This document shows, one piece after another, positions 1 through 14,544 of a DNA stretch of 64,000 nucleotides. The stretch is from Octopus bimaculoides (Eukaryota). The stretch lies in NCBI RefSeq assembly GCF_001194135.2, contig NC_068988.1:25488920-25552919 (forward strand). The letters are read 5' to 3'. The translations under genes were made by a program, and so were the position numbers. How positions within the stretch are numbered: the stretch's first letter is position 1; every line of letters starts with the position of its first letter. Below the pieces are notes generated by a model that saw only the letters and a list, made by a program, of their open reading frames with translations, was not told the origin of the DNA and did not search any database.

Positions 1-419
1 ACACGCACATATGTGTTTACATATATATACTTATGTGTATGTGTGTGTATGAGTGTGTGCATGTGCTTGTGCGTGCTTGTGTATTTTGTTATTGATATTG
101 GTACAAAAGAAAACGTGAATTCTTTAGGAATGATGTAGATTATGACGAAAAGAAGTATATCTGATAGATCTGAGAAACAATTAGAAACGAAATATGTTTA
201 GAAAGCAGCAGAAGAATAGGGCGAGTATAATTAAGTGTATTTCTGAGATAACACTATTGGTTAAGTGTTCAAATATATTTGCAGTTGGCTATGTAAAGGA
301 AAAGTAAATGCTGAATAGTTTTGGGATTAGAAAGGATAGTCTATTTATCTAGAGTAATATGTAACCGGAGTGTGAATAGAAGTGTAAGACTGAATTGGTT
401 TATTAGATGAGTGGTACTG

Positions 420-772
420 ATCAAGGACATATATGGCCTCTGAAGATCCATATAAATCGTTTGGGGTCTACGCAACAGAATAGTAAATTGTGGATCCACA
501 ATAGTATTTAGAGGGTCCCTGAAAAATTTTACTTTAGATGTACATATTGGTATGTATTACCAAAAACCACTGGGTTTCTTTCGCTAACATTTCACATCGT
601 TCAACATGTACAAGTTAATGCGTGAAAACAAGATCGGTATTTTGAAAGATATATCTATAAAGCTTTTAAACTTCGAATGAATAAGTGAAGTTGACCAGAA
701 CAAAATGGTAATTAAAGGAGTTCAGAAAAAAAAAATTCAGAACCCTTAACTTAGTTGAAGTAGAATTGCAGA
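420..772. mobile_element. Degenerate non-autonomous DNA transposon (hAT/MITE-like) remnant
   Basis: Contains ggggtctac and gagggtcc blocks and ends in ttcagaacccttaac, resembling a decayed 'aagaacccctg' type terminus. No intact TIR pair is seen. Confidence 0.3.
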
Positions 773-3700
773 TAAATGAACAGTATGAAATCCAGGGATC
801 TATATTCTATCTGGTAGTGATAATCAGATTTCTTGGGTGCGGTGTATCTTTTCAACTGGAACGAGATAAATGGCAATTTAAATGGTTTGCCTCAGGAAGG
901 ACTATTGTTCGTCCTACAATATGTGGAGTCTAGCTTCCACATGGACTTGGTGAACAATATTGTAGCTACGTGATGGAAGTGGAAGGGATAACTTTAATTT
1001 ATGACCTATTTTAGGCGGAATGTATTTTTGATCAATCTTAGTAGTGCTGTGGAGAATAAATTATAAATAGATATCAATCTAAGTGTTATTTCCAAAAGTG
1101 TAATTTTCAACATAATTCTTTGTTTCTCATTATATATGGTCTATTAACTCTATAATTAAACTTCAATGTGACGATCTTTACTGAGAATGTGTACCCAGAC
1201 ATTCATTTCAGCTATCACATTATTCAGAGTTTATTACCAGGAGCCGTTTAGATATATTCTAGAATATGAAATAAGGGTTAATATCAATTAATTAATATGG
1301 ATAACACTGACTCTCGAATATATTCTATACTGTCAGAATCAGATATTTAAGTAATAAACTTTTTCTCTCATAAACGTGTGAAATTTTTTTTTTTTTTTTC
1401 AGAATTATATCAGGAATATCAGCAAAAACAAGAAATTAGTTATCGTTTTTATGTCAAGTAATTTTGGTTTTATTGTAAAAATTACTACAACATAAATTCT
1501 AGGTCAAGAAGCAATTCCAACATGAGTGTCTTAATTAGGGAATCAGCATTTCATGTTGAAAAGCACATTTCAAATGGTGTTCGACGTATGTAACCGTCAC
1601 GATGTTCTGTGTAAAGTTATACAGGTATGTATGAGATTGTATGCATACATACATACACACGCGCACGCATACACACACACACATATACATATATATATAT
1701 GATAAGAAAGGAAGAATAGTGATGCGAAAGAATGGTGATAGTGAGAATCACAGAAAGATAGAGTGAGACTGAAATGATTATAAACGCAACTGTATATCTT
1801 CAGTGAGATACGAGTAAGAAAGAAACAATAGTTTAGTTGTAACTTACCTGAGAGTCTGGAAGCTTAGGTATGCACGTATTGAGAATAAAATATGTCATCT
1901 GGCATGACTCAACTCATCCTTATGATTTTAGAACAAATTATCAGCACTTCATAGAATCATTAGAATCATATATATATATATNNNNNNNNNNNNNNNNNNN
2001 NNNNNNNNNNNNNNNNNNNNNNNNNNNNNNNNNNNNNNNNNNNNNNNNNNNNNNNNNNNNNNNNNNNNNNNNNNNNNNNNNNNNNNNNNNNNNNNNNNNN
2101 NNNNNNNNNNNNNNNNNNNNNNNNNNNNNNNNNNNNNNNNNNNNNNNNNNNNNNNNNNNNNNNNNNNNNNNNNNNNNNNNNNNNNNNNNNNNNNNNNNNN
2201 NNNNNNNNNNNNNNNNNNNNNNNNNNNNNNNNNNNNNNNNNNNNNTATATATATATATATATGCATATATATATAAGTAATACCATACATACATACGCAT
2301 ATGTCATGTATATATATATATATATATATATATTTATACATATTATATTAAATATGCATATATTATTTATTTGTATACATATATATGCAAATGTATGTGC
2401 ATATATATATATATCCGTATATATATATGTACACTCACACACAAACACTCTCACACATATATATAGATGAACATATGTACACAATACAGTACGTTAGTAT
2501 AGTGGAATTAAGCGTGGAAAAGCAGCAGCAACGAAAGAGGTGATGAAAAACTGATAATAGATATTAAAATTGTCCATTCGTTCAAAAAGCAGTGCTTGTA
2601 ATAATCAAGTAGATTTTTTTTTTCAAATATCAAAAATGAATGCGTTGCTTTTAAAATAAATCTTATATTGAAAAATGTATAGTCACATGCAAGTAAATAT
2701 TTAGCGTGGTTTCTTCCAGCTGTTTACCGTGTTCGACATTCGGACTTGCAGTGTCTGTAAAATAGTGTGCAATTAATACTGGACACGATTGAAATGACTG
2801 CTGTTTTGTGCCGACATGCAATGACCTAGAATGTTACAATAAAAGCAAAGTCTCCGTACAAACGTAAGTCTAATTATTATGGAATTACAATCCACGACCA
2901 TCACAATGGCATTCACTCACACGTACATACTATTATCTCCCCATAGAAGAATACAAGAATAACGCATTAGAATCAGACGTATGCATGGTGAAGAGTACAA
3001 CACTCCAGTTTTAGAAGTTGTCAGTTTTCTCGCTAAAGCACTTTCAGCTTTATATATATATATATATATACAGAAAATGCATACATACATGCATACACGT
3101 ACACACACATGCTATGGAAAATCTTTTTCTCAATATAATTTACGATTATTTCAATTGTAATATATTTATAAGTAAATAAAAAAAAAATAGAAGGAAAACA
3201 GTTTATCATTTCATTATTAAATTCATTCATAATCCTTCGATCAGATTGAACATCGCATATGCCTAACTATCATCATATAACTAATGAACATTAATGCCCT
3301 TGAAAAATAAATGAACTTCAAAATGATTTATATAAAGATTGCTCCAGAATACGCCTCGTTTTGCCTATTCATAAAATTGCTACTTCATTCAGAAATTAAA
3401 ATTCCCTCTCTATCAAAATATCACACACAGCAAAAGTTCATTACAACTGTGTACGTGGTGAATGATATTCTTTCTCCTCTTGCGTCGGTCTATTCATTGA
3501 ATTCTATTTCCAAAATAAATCCATATTTCAACTATTGAAATCTAACACGGCAGTTGAATGAACCAATATGTTATTATAAAAACAGCCATTTTTAGCAACA
3601 CAGAATTTGAATGGTTTTGAGATTATCAAGTGCATCTCTTTCTTATTAAAATGTTAGCACCCACCAATGTTTCTATCAACGCCAGATGCTGTATTTTGTT

Positions 3701-4784
3701 TCTGAACAAACAAAAAATATACATTCATATTTGTATATATTAATATTTGTATGTTTGTATGCAACATGACTACCTATGTATGTACATATGTTTCTATCTA
3801 ACGATTTCTCTAACTTCTGACTGTCTGCCTTTCTCAGTCTCTACATATATGAGAAAATATATGTATATAAATGCACACACTCGTTTATGTGTGTACGTAC
3901 ATATACACATTCGCATATACATGCGTTCGCACGTGAGTGGGAGAGTAAGAGACAGTATAGAAAGAGTAACAGAAAGAAAGAGTAACAGAAAGATAGAGGA
4001 AGAGTAAGAGCGAGAGAAAGAGAGAGAGAAAGAGAGAGAGAAAATGCGTGTATTTGTCTGCGTATCTGAGGAGGACAACGTGTGATGCCTATAATTACGT
4101 ATTCAGAGGATGAGTATTTGTGTAATTGTTTAGTACACAGAAATTTAGATATTTTTGTCCATCCAGATGTTTCAAATATAAATAAGTCGCACTGTTTTGA
4201 CAATTTGCCAACCATTTAGTTTGGGCGGAGTATTACAAATCATGGAAGCTTTAAGTAATTTTATTTCTAACGTGGCTTACATCACAGAGCTTATGCTTTC
4301 GATCAAATCATACCTTAGTAAATCGAATCGCTCAATAAGTATTCTAGGTTTATTACGCATGTATAATCGCAGGTAACACATTCAACAAACTTGGTTTAGC
4401 TGTACTCAGTTCACAAGAATATGTCGCTATGAAATACTTCTCTTAACATAACACTTAAGAACATGTTGCAATGCAAAGATAAGTGAGATTTTTTTTGCAT
4501 CGCTAAAGCATTTAATTTCAAATTCCGTGAGGGTGAAGTTAGCTTTGTATTATTCCGATGTACTTAAAATATGTGTGCGCATGCACTTTGCGCGTATTTC
4601 TCTCCCCCTCTCTTTATCTCTCTCTTTCTATCTTTATCTGTCTATCTATCTATCTATCTACCTATCTATTCGTGTATATATATTCATTTACCTATGTACA
4701 CACACACTCACACAGACACACAAAATACACATGTGTGTATATATATATATATATAAAGGTATGAATATATACACATATTACATA

Positions 4785-4842
<58 letters not shown>

Positions 4843-6340
4843 CATACGCACAGACATACATACATTCTTACATACATTCATTCATACATACATACACAAA
4901 CACACATTCACCAACGCGCCCACCCACACAGTCAGACTCTCACACACATTTCTACAAATATTTTCGATTAAATACGCTATAAAAATTTCCATTCTGCACT
5001 TGACTTTATTAGTTACACATGAATGAACACTGAAAAAGTAGAGTTCAAACATCAACGATAATTTCACAGATATAAGTTCTCTATTTAACAGGTTACTTGA
5101 ATTTTTGAATATAATCTTTCGTCTATTATTTATTAAACCCAAATAAACCTATACGCTTTGAGAACTCTAGATAGAAATGTTGATATGTAACTAATGACTG
5201 CTAGAGAAAAGTTTGAAATAAATATAGTTTACCACTTTCCGTTTTAACTATCTAATTTATCTTAACGCGATGAATAGTTATAGACTGCATGCTTAGAATA
5301 TGCATACCGAATAAATTACTGCAAGAATGTTTCATATAAATAATATTATTGGAACGGCACAAATTATATCTTATATTACATCTAAATATGTTATTCCCCA
5401 TAAATGCTATTTAACTGTCAATTTATCGAAATGACACCATTGAAAACATTGATTTAATTTCTTTTTTTTTTCCGTTATGTGACACGACAAGCTAATACAT
5501 ATATGGAATGGTCAACATTTTTGCGTACATTCAATGAAAATCGAGTATTAAATATAACATAAAATATGTTCAAGTTAATAGATGCCGAAGCTTTTTGAAT
5601 CTTGTATACGACTTTTCACGTTTCCGATCAACACCGAAATTCATCTCATACTGTATAGTTTAAACAGAGACTATGGTACATGACACATCCACAAGAATAG
5701 GATTGAAATGGAGCCATACATAGTTTGACAGGTAGACAGATATGGAGAGAGATACATATATATGTGTTAGCAGAGTGCATAGATAGATATGTAGGGAGAG
5801 GCTTGTATATAACTTATTTTATTGATTCTGTTCACAGGCTTACACAAATTAACAAATTGATGAAATTACTGTATCATCGGAAAGAATGCGCTGCATTATT
5901 TGTTATTTGATCTGGCCGAACTTTTCCTTTCATTTTCTTGGTGGGGGTGGATGGGAAATAGAGGAGTATTGATAATAAATTGCCATTTAATTACTGCAAT
6001 CGATTCTTCTCTATCTTTTAATTCCCTCTCTTCTTTCTTCCCCACGCTCCCTCTCTCTCTCTCTCTCTCTCTCTCTGTTTCTCTCTTGGTGTTTCTCCCC
6101 CTATCAACGAATTAGATACGTTGTTCTGTGTCAAGTGTCATGGAGTACAGTAATAATTTAATTCACTCGTCAAATAGAAAAAAAAAAGAAGGACGGGGCT
6201 AGCAAGTATATATCATAGAAAATAATATGATATGATTAGTAACCGTGGTATAAGTTTAGGTAAGGGCCTGTCGACGCAAATTTGGTACACCGATGTACGC
6301 TACCTATTACAAAACACTAACACTGTAAGGAATAACCAAA

Positions 6341-6738
6341 ATCAATTATTAGGCTGTGGTCATGCTGGGGCACTACCTTGAAGAATTTTAGTCGAATGAA
6401 TCGAACCCAGCACTTATTTTTTTTTCTTTTAATCCTGGTATTCTATCGGATTTATGTGGCCGAACCACTAAGTTGCAGGAACGTAAACATACCAACACCG
6501 GTTCTCAAGAGTTGGGGGTGGAGAGGGGCAAATACAGTGACAAAGACACACACACATATGTGTGTGTGTGTATGAGTGTGTGTGTCTGACAGGCTTCTTT
6601 CAATTTCCGCCTACCAAATTCACTCAGGCTTTAGTTCATCCAAGGCTGTGTTAGAAAACGCCTAAGTTGCCACGCCAGTGAGACCAAACACTGAACCACG
6701 GGGTTGGGAAGTAAGCTTCTTATCACATCATACGCCTA
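6341..6738 (-). mobile_element. tRNA-derived SINE, long family A (CORE-like, octopus OK/OR-type) with internal CA/TG repeat
   Basis: Shares ggtcatgctgg..., gccgaaccactaagtt, ggcttctttcaatttccg.ctaccaaat and aagcttcttatcaca blocks with copies at 25975, 38515 and 54237. Confidence 0.8.
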
Positions 6739-6867
6739 TTAACTCTTGTAAAGTGGTTTGATACAAGGAAATATTTATGAATTACATCGCATTTCGATCT
6801 ATCTATTTGCTCTTGTTTACTTTTCTACGAAAAAAACGTGAAAGCACAGTTACGCTCTTTGAACGCC

Positions 6868-6917
<50 letters not shown>

Positions 6918-7077
6918 AAAATATTAGTAGTAAAGCAGCAACAACAACAACAGTATTAGTAGTATTAGTAGTAGTCGTAGTAGTAGCAGCAACAGCAGCA
7001 GCAGTAGCAGTCACAGCAGTATCAACCGCAGCAGTAGAAGCTGCAGCAGTCGCAATAGCAGCAGCAGCAGCAGCGGC

Positions 7078-7145
<68 letters not shown>

Positions 7146-7146
7146 C
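6868..7146. repeat. Compound trinucleotide microsatellite (AGT)n/(AGC)n/(AAC)n
   Basis: Directly visible; the source of the poly-T/V/L ORFs. Confidence 0.95.
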
Positions 7147-7978
7147 TGATCTTCCCATTTATTTATTTCCACTCGTAATTCATTGCTCAGTCCAGTGCAG
7201 CATATTGACGACATCAAACTGGAATATACACGCTTGCAAAGAGAAATCTTAAAAACACAGCCACGCCTTCGCCCTTTTAAAGTTAGAATTATCAAAACTG
7301 TTCAATATTCGGTTAAAATCTCGATAATATTGATTGTTTCTGAACTCAGTGCGTCATTGATTTTAAATTCTTGTTAAATTCTGGTATTAAAACCAATTTA
7401 CTATCTGGAAATGTATTGGGTATTACGTCCTTCCTAAGATAATTGCGGTTAAGGGCTAATACATCAAAGTGTTATAGTTTATGTATCATTTTAGAACGTT
7501 TAAGATATAAGACTACTGTTTCTCCATCAGATTTGATGCAGATTAACAACATTTTCTCTACATTACAAATAGCCCCTTTCTCAGTTCATCCCTATAATTG
7601 ATGTTGCAATGATGTCAGAAAAATAGATGAGCATAAATTATGGTTTGAAATCGAATTACAACATGTAACTATGGACTAAGCTCTAATTGCTGATTCACAG
7701 CTAAAATCGTCCCCTAAAGTATATAATTCTTCATTATGTTATACAATATTAAGCCGTATTAAACTGAGGAAATTTGCAACGTTAAGCCGAAAAGTAAATT
7801 ACAGGGAAGATTTGGTTTAACCAAATGCACAAACTTTTCTATTAAAATCTAAAGAGCATTCTTAACATGAAAGGGTTTCTAGTCGGAGATTTCATCCGTT
7901 AATTACCTACATGCATGTTTCAATTAAATCCTTCTAACTCAGGTCAATATATATACTCCTACATTATTTGTAACTACG

Positions 7979-8200
7979 AGGCGGCAGCTGGCAGAATCGC
8001 TATCACGCCGGGCGAAATGCTTAGCGGTATTTCGTCTGTCTTAACGTTCTGAGTTCAAATTCCACCGAGGTTGACTTTACCATTCATCCTTTCGCGGTCG
8101 ATAAATTAAGTACCAGTTGCGTATTGGGGTTGATCTAATCAAATGGCCCCCTTCCCCCACCAAATTTCAGGCCTTGTGCCTATAGTGGAAAGGATTATTT
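7979..8200 (+). mobile_element. tRNA-derived SINE, short family B, full-length
   Basis: A-box-like TGGCAGAATCG, B-box-like GAGTTCAAATTCC, central catcctttcgcggtcgataaattaagtaccagt, and 3' ggccttgtgcctatagtggaaaggattatt. There are multiple copies in the window. Confidence 0.9.
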
Positions 8201-8767
8201 GTAGCCACACATTTTGGAGAATAAAGCAGTATGCACCGGTTAAATAATTAAAATGAAAGTATTTACTTAATTAATAGCCACATGATAAGTTTACTTTTCA
8301 GAAAGGATAGCATTCAATTAAAATGGTAATATGTTCGCTGACGGAATGCTTAATTTAATAGTATAAAATTGATAACTATATCAAATAAAACAACAAATCT
8401 AGTTAAATATAAATAAATAATTTAGCCTATCTAAATTTTAAATGAGACTGTAATTATTATGCAGTGCACTTTGAACTTTTGTGTGTATGTGTATATATAA
8501 TTATATTGATAAAATAACCGAATTGCAATGTTTCCGATGCTTAAGACAAACATTTGTATATGCTAACCACACATAAAAATGCACGCATACACGTACACAC
8601 ATACACATAAGAATTTACATGCATATACGTGTGCTTGTGTAAATACGTGCGTATGTCTTACTCTTCCTTTTTCCTTCTCCCTCTAACTCTCTCTGTATAT
8701 ATGCATACATACTCATAGACATACATAGAAACACAAAAACACACTCTCATATATATAAATCTGAAAC

Positions 8768-8945
8768 TATGTTTGTATGCATGCATGTATATGTATATCG
8801 ACCAATGTACACGCACATGCCTACGCACATGCCTACGCACATGGCTTCCGGACACGACCTTCTGGATGATTGGCTTCATTGATAGTGACCTTGGTTGTTC
8901 ATTGCTTTGAATGAGCCACAAAATAGATTTATACCTTTGTTTCCA
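8768..8945 (-). repeat. Copy 1 of an interspersed ~180-200 bp repeat carrying a 12-bp tandem unit
   Basis: Near-identical reverse complement of 14545-14744. It has 2 full units plus 1 partial of acgcacatgcct. Confidence 0.95.
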
Positions 8946-10263
8946 TGAGAGATACAAATCACCACGTAAGAATATTATAAAAGATTGCTATGAAAAATAC
9001 TTTAAGATCCAATATGGCGATTTCACACTAGTAGAAAACTAGAGAAAACTAGAATAATAAACAGAAAGATTTTAAAATGTTATTCTTTATATTTCTAATA
9101 TTCTGGCATTCTGAAGTTCAGCAGAAGTGATTTCAGCGAATATGAATGCATAATATTGAACTTTATAATTTTCACAAATAGATATATTACCATATCTAGA
9201 ACATATAATTCCTTCCAAATTCTCGCCGGAGAGACACATTGACTAATGCAAGCAATTATCATATACGTTTTGGAAGAAGAATGAAATCCGTGTAACCAGA
9301 AACAAAGAAACATGAAACTGTTCATAGAGAACCTAATATTTTCCCCTATATGGTATTCATGTTTTGCATATTTCACTTTTATACATCGAGTTAATTAAAT
9401 ATAAGTCTTGTTTTAACATTTGGGTTAAACGATAAAAGCGTATGGTAATACATACATAAAAATACATATGCATGACCTGCTTTGCTAATGTTATATTAGT
9501 CATTACAGAGATATAATAGATAGCGTATTCTCAATGTGCGGAGTAGTGATGAATTATAAACCTATGTGTATGCACATCTATTTTATACAGTTTATATATG
9601 TATGTATATATCTACATGTATTTATATATAAATATATATATGTGTGTGCGTGTGTGTGTGCATGTGTGTGTGTGTGTGTGTGTATGTGTGTGTGTGTGTG
9701 TATGTCTATAGACGTACTCGCAATACACATACAAATACAGATATATACGTATATATTTATACGTACAGTATAAAATTGCACACATACGCCACATGCATAT
9801 ATTATATATGTATAAATTTATCCCTGACTTGCTGCATACAGATTTGTCTTATGTGGTACATTGTAGTTTTTCCTTAAATAATACCACGTATTTATCAATT
9901 AATCCTAATATTTATCATAACAATAAAAATAATAAAATTAATAAAGCTTGATAGAAGACCCAAGTGAATGAAAACATTTTCTAGGAACTCACTTCAAATA
10001 CGGGAATAGTTTGGCGCCAAGCAAAGAAAAATCGATGTCCTTTGGATTCAGTTGCTGTATTGAGGAATTATTGAAGGTCACTTATAGTGCAATAAACCAA
10101 TCGCTTGACCTGTTATTGAACGTCTGTGTATTGGATACTCTAATTGAGATTCTAGACATGAACCGAATTTGAATTTACTCGCTAATATCCTACATTCACA
10201 AACAGACAACACACTTAAACAATTTCTAATCCTTTATGCAAACGCATAGGCGTAAAAAACGTA

Positions 10264-10319
<56 letters not shown>

Positions 10320-11365
10320 NNNNNNNNNNNNNNNNNNNNNNNNNNNNNNNNNNNNNNNNNNNNNNNNNNNNNNNNNNNNNNNNNNNNNNNNNNNNNNNNN
10401 NNNNNNNNNNNNNNNNNNNNNNNNNNNNNNNNNNNNNNNNNNNNNNNNNNNNNNNNNNNNNNNNNNNNNNNNNNNNNNNNNNNNNNNNNNNNNNNNNNNN
10501 NNNNNNNNNNNNNNNNNNNNNNNNNNNNNNNNNNNNNNNNNNNNNNNNNNNNNNNNNNNNNNNNNNNNNNNNNNNNNNNNNNNNNNNNNNNNNNNNNNNN
10601 NNNNNNNNNNNNNNNNNNNNNNNNNNNNNNNNNNNNNNNNNNNNNNNNNNNNNNNNNNNNNNNNNNNNNNNNNNNNNNNNNNNNNNNNNNNNNNNNNNNN
10701 NNNNNNNNNNNNNNNNNNNNNNNNNNNNNNNNNNNNNNNNNNNNNNNNNNNNNNNNNNNNNNNNNNNNNNNNNNNNNNNNNNNNNNNNNNNNNNNNNNNN
10801 NNNNNNNNNNNNNNNNNNNNNNNNNNNNNNNNNNNNNNNNNNNNNNNNNNNNNNNNNNNNNNNNNNNNNNNNNNNNNNNNNNNNNNNNNNNNNNNNNNNN
10901 NNNNNNNNNNNNNNNNNNNNNNNNNNNNNNNNNNNNNNNNNNNNNNNNNNNNNNNNNNNNNNNNNNNNNNNNNNNNNNNNNNNNNNNNNNNNNNNNNNNN
11001 NNNNNNNNNNNNNNNNNNNNNNNNNNNNNNNNNNNNNNNNNNNNNNNNNNNNNNNNNNNNNNNNNNNATATATATATATATATATATATACACGCATTTC
11101 TAAGTTTTCACATATTTGCATTTACATTATTATTGTTGTATTTAACGTTGCTTTTTTAATAGTTTAATTACTGCTTCTATATCTCAAATAATTGATATTG
11201 CTAAATTTGGCAAATTTGATTACATGTTACAACATACATTTTGTATGTATACATGCGTGTATGGGTATATGCACTACATACATACACATGTATATATGTA
11301 TATGTATACACGCACACGCACACGCACATATGTAAGTGTGTGTTTGTGCGTGCGCGCGTGTGTGC

Positions 11366-11413
<48 letters not shown>

Positions 11414-13152
11414 GGATTTGGAAACAGCTCGCCTCAGACGCCAGTAAGTTTCTAGAGCCATTAAGTGAGAATATACACTGTTTCTGGACGTTCTCATATA
11501 CGGGTGCATACGACGTTCATGTTGTCTCTGTACATGAGTGATTGTGGCTATCTTTAACTTGAGCCCCTTTATTATCGTTCCTGTCTTCATTCTCTCTATT
11601 TTATGTTACTTCGGGCGTGTGCTTTTTTATTAGCTTTTTGTTTGTCTTAAAAATCCGCGTATTTTCATTCCATAAGTCTGTCCTCTTGTTGTTGACTAAC
11701 GCATTTACTTACGTCGTTTAAGTTCTGGTTTCCCACCTTGTGATTATAACCTATAAAACTAATACAGTGTTTATGCTTGTCTGTTTCAATCGACATCAAC
11801 TATCTATATTTGCGTAGGAGTGTGTCACAACTCTGTCAGCGCTGTTGCGTTTCAATTTACATTTCAATAACTCTATTTACGGTACTTTCTAATAATCAAT
11901 ATCGTTGAACTTGTTATAATTTCAAATTTATTCAGTGTACATTTACGAAGCAAAATTCTGATAAATGTATTAATAAAGAGAACGTTAAATTCCACTTTGG
12001 AGGCATAAAAATGCAACGAAAAGAAATGTCTGTGCAAAAATATTTGCAAACAAGATTCGAAAATATTTTATAGAAATGGAATGATTTTAAGCTGAATTTT
12101 AAAGCTATATGGAAATATTTTCTGAACGTTAATAATTGACTGATGGAATATTTTTCAGCTCCTTCGATTTTAAATTTATTATTGTTTTTAATCCATTTTC
12201 TGTGGCGAATACATAATGCGAAATATGTTAAACGAAATATGACAATTCATGACCAGTTTCATTTTTCTATGACAGCATTTTAATTTGCTACACCTTGTGA
12301 GTCTTCGTTTTCTTTAGCGATTGAGAAATAATTTATTTGTCAAGACATGTTTAAAACATTAAAATAATCCAAGCTTAGTGAGTCATACATGATTTGAATT
12401 ACATATCTCAATCAACTCGTATATTCATTCCATTAAATCATTCTTGTCACAAATAGTTGAAAGAAAAAAATACATGATGGAGGAAAGACAGATTAAGTAC
12501 AATGCAAAATAAAATGCCTATCAAATTGCGTTTTCTTCTCTCGCTTTTTTATGTAACATGACGGTGGGGCAATAAACCAATTAAATTTTGTGTAATGTAG
12601 TGGATTCAATTTACTATAAAAATTCTAGTGACTGAACTAAATAGTAATGATGCATATAGATAAATTCATTGATTTCGTTTTGAAATTTGTGCAGCATAAA
12701 CAATAATTCGCAGTATCTATTTTAATATTTCTACTTTCAGCGTTGAAATAGTCTCGGCATTGTCTTATTAATCCATAATTCCAGCAATTAATAAGTTAAG
12801 TAGGAGTCCCTACGCAAACATTAAATACGTATAAAAGTTATTCTTATGAATGAATTCAGTAATTATAAAAAATATGCAATAGAAACTTTTTTCCTATACT
12901 CTGAGATATAACATGAGTTTTATGCTATTGAAGATTTCGTACACGGTCACCGTATACAAAGTTGTGATTTGTTCGATTCCTAGATACAAACTTTGAATTC
13001 GGACACCGGCAATATTTCAGACGTACTTATGAATGGATAGACTTAATAAATTTGTGTCATGGATGATAAATCTTGTAACATATTGAAACGTATATATAAA
13101 TAAATATATTCTCAGACAAGAGCGACAGAGCGATTAATATTTAACTGTTTAC

Positions 13153-13199
13153 CTGGCCGCAGGTCTTGTATTGAATATTTTGGGACCCGTAATATAAAT
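13153..13199 (-). CDS. Candidate 47-nt linker exon following CCP1 (DLYYGSQNIQYKTCGQ)
   Basis: Acceptor gagtatttcag| and donor CAG|gtaaac. The phase-1 entry matches the CCP exon donor and the exon ends in TCGQ, a plausible start of the next CCP. All three frames are open, so support is splice sites plus plausibility only. Confidence 0.4.
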
Positions 13200-13289
13200 C
13201 TGAAATACTCTGTTGAAACAAATTGAAATTATTTCCTATTTCATTGAAAAACTACGTACTGAATATTCTAATATATGTGGAATTCCGTG

Positions 13290-13330
<41 letters not shown>

Positions 13331-14544
13331 NNNNNNNNNNNNNNNNNNNNNNNNNNNNNNNNNNNNNNNNNNNNNNNNNNNNNNNNNNNNNNNNNNNNNN
13401 NNNNNNNNNNNNNNNNNNNNNNNNNNNNNNNNNNNNNNNNNNNNNNNNNNNNNNNNNNNNNNNNNNNNNNNNNNNNNNNNNNNNNNNNNNNNNNNNNNNN
13501 NNNNNNNNNNNNNNNNNNNNNNNNNNNNNNNNNNNNNNNNNNNNNNNNNNNNNNNNNNNNNNNNNNNNNNNNNNNNNNNNNNNNNNNNNNNNNNNNNNNN
13601 NNNNNNNNNNNNNNNNNNNNNNNNNNNNNNNNNNNNNNNNNNNNNNNNNNNNNNNNNNNNNNNNNNNNNNNNNNNNNNNNNNNNNNNNNNNNNNNNNNNN
13701 NNNNNNNNNNNNNNNNNNNNNNNNNNNNNNNNNNNNNNNNNNNNNNNNNNNNNNNNNNNNNNNNNNNNNNNNNNNNNNNNNNNNNNNNNNNNNNNNNNNN
13801 NNNNNNNNNNNNNNNNNNNNNNNNNNNNNNNNNNNNNNNNNNNNNNNNNNNNNNNNNNNNNNNNNNNNNNNNNNNNNNNNNNNNNNNNNNNNNNNNNNNN
13901 NNNNNNNNNNNNNNNNNNNNNNNNNNNNNNNNNNNNNNNNNNNNNNNTATATATATATAAATTTTGTTCTGAGAATATTTATTTAAGCTTCGATAACGAT
14001 TTTTCCTATACAAGATTTAAGTGTTAATATAGAAGAAATGCAATATAATTTGTAATAACCATATATCAAATATAATGTAACATAACATATATGAAGTGAT
14101 ATTTTCAGTAAATAATAATAAATCCTAAATATAAAATTCAACAAAAACAATTTTCGGTGACTGGTTTGTCAAAATGGTTATTTCGCTCGCCAGTCGTACA
14201 GAAAATGATATGCCATGTATATTTCAATAAACATATCATCGTCTCAAAATTTGCAATTAGCCTCTTTATGACTAGTAGCGTTTCTCAATATATGAATGTT
14301 ACACGAATATACATCTATATTTTCTATAGTTCTCAAACGACTTGGAGACAATCATTACAATATAACAGCAGTTACTTAAACAGGTTTCAGAAAAAATTAG
14401 TGGAAGATGTGAATATATGAGTGTATGTGTAAGTTTGATTGTGTGTAGATGCGTCTGTATCTGTGTGTACATGTGTGTGTGTATATGTGTGTGTGTGGGC
14501 GTGTGATAATATGCCAGTGTAACTGTAGCTATTTAGGCAAGCTT

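Noticed and set aside
1403-1457. Plus-strand segment after a strong poly-T acceptor (LYQEYQQKQEISYRFYV)
   Set aside because: It is short and has no recognizable homology. The only nearby in-frame partner needs a 45-nt intron, and the poly-T tract may just be a homopolymer.
2730-2915. Cys-containing minus-strand frames (CHCDGRG; PNVEHG) as further CCP/WAP exons
   Set aside because: No frame gives a complete domain with matching splice phases.
7979-8060. SINE 5' regions as tRNA genes
   Set aside because: A/B boxes are present but continue into the SINE body and tail, with no intact cloverleaf.
9095-9376. Minus ORF with EYHIGENIRFS...GF...AC, superficially sushi-like
   Set aside because: The Cys/Trp spacing is wrong and there are no compatible splice sites.
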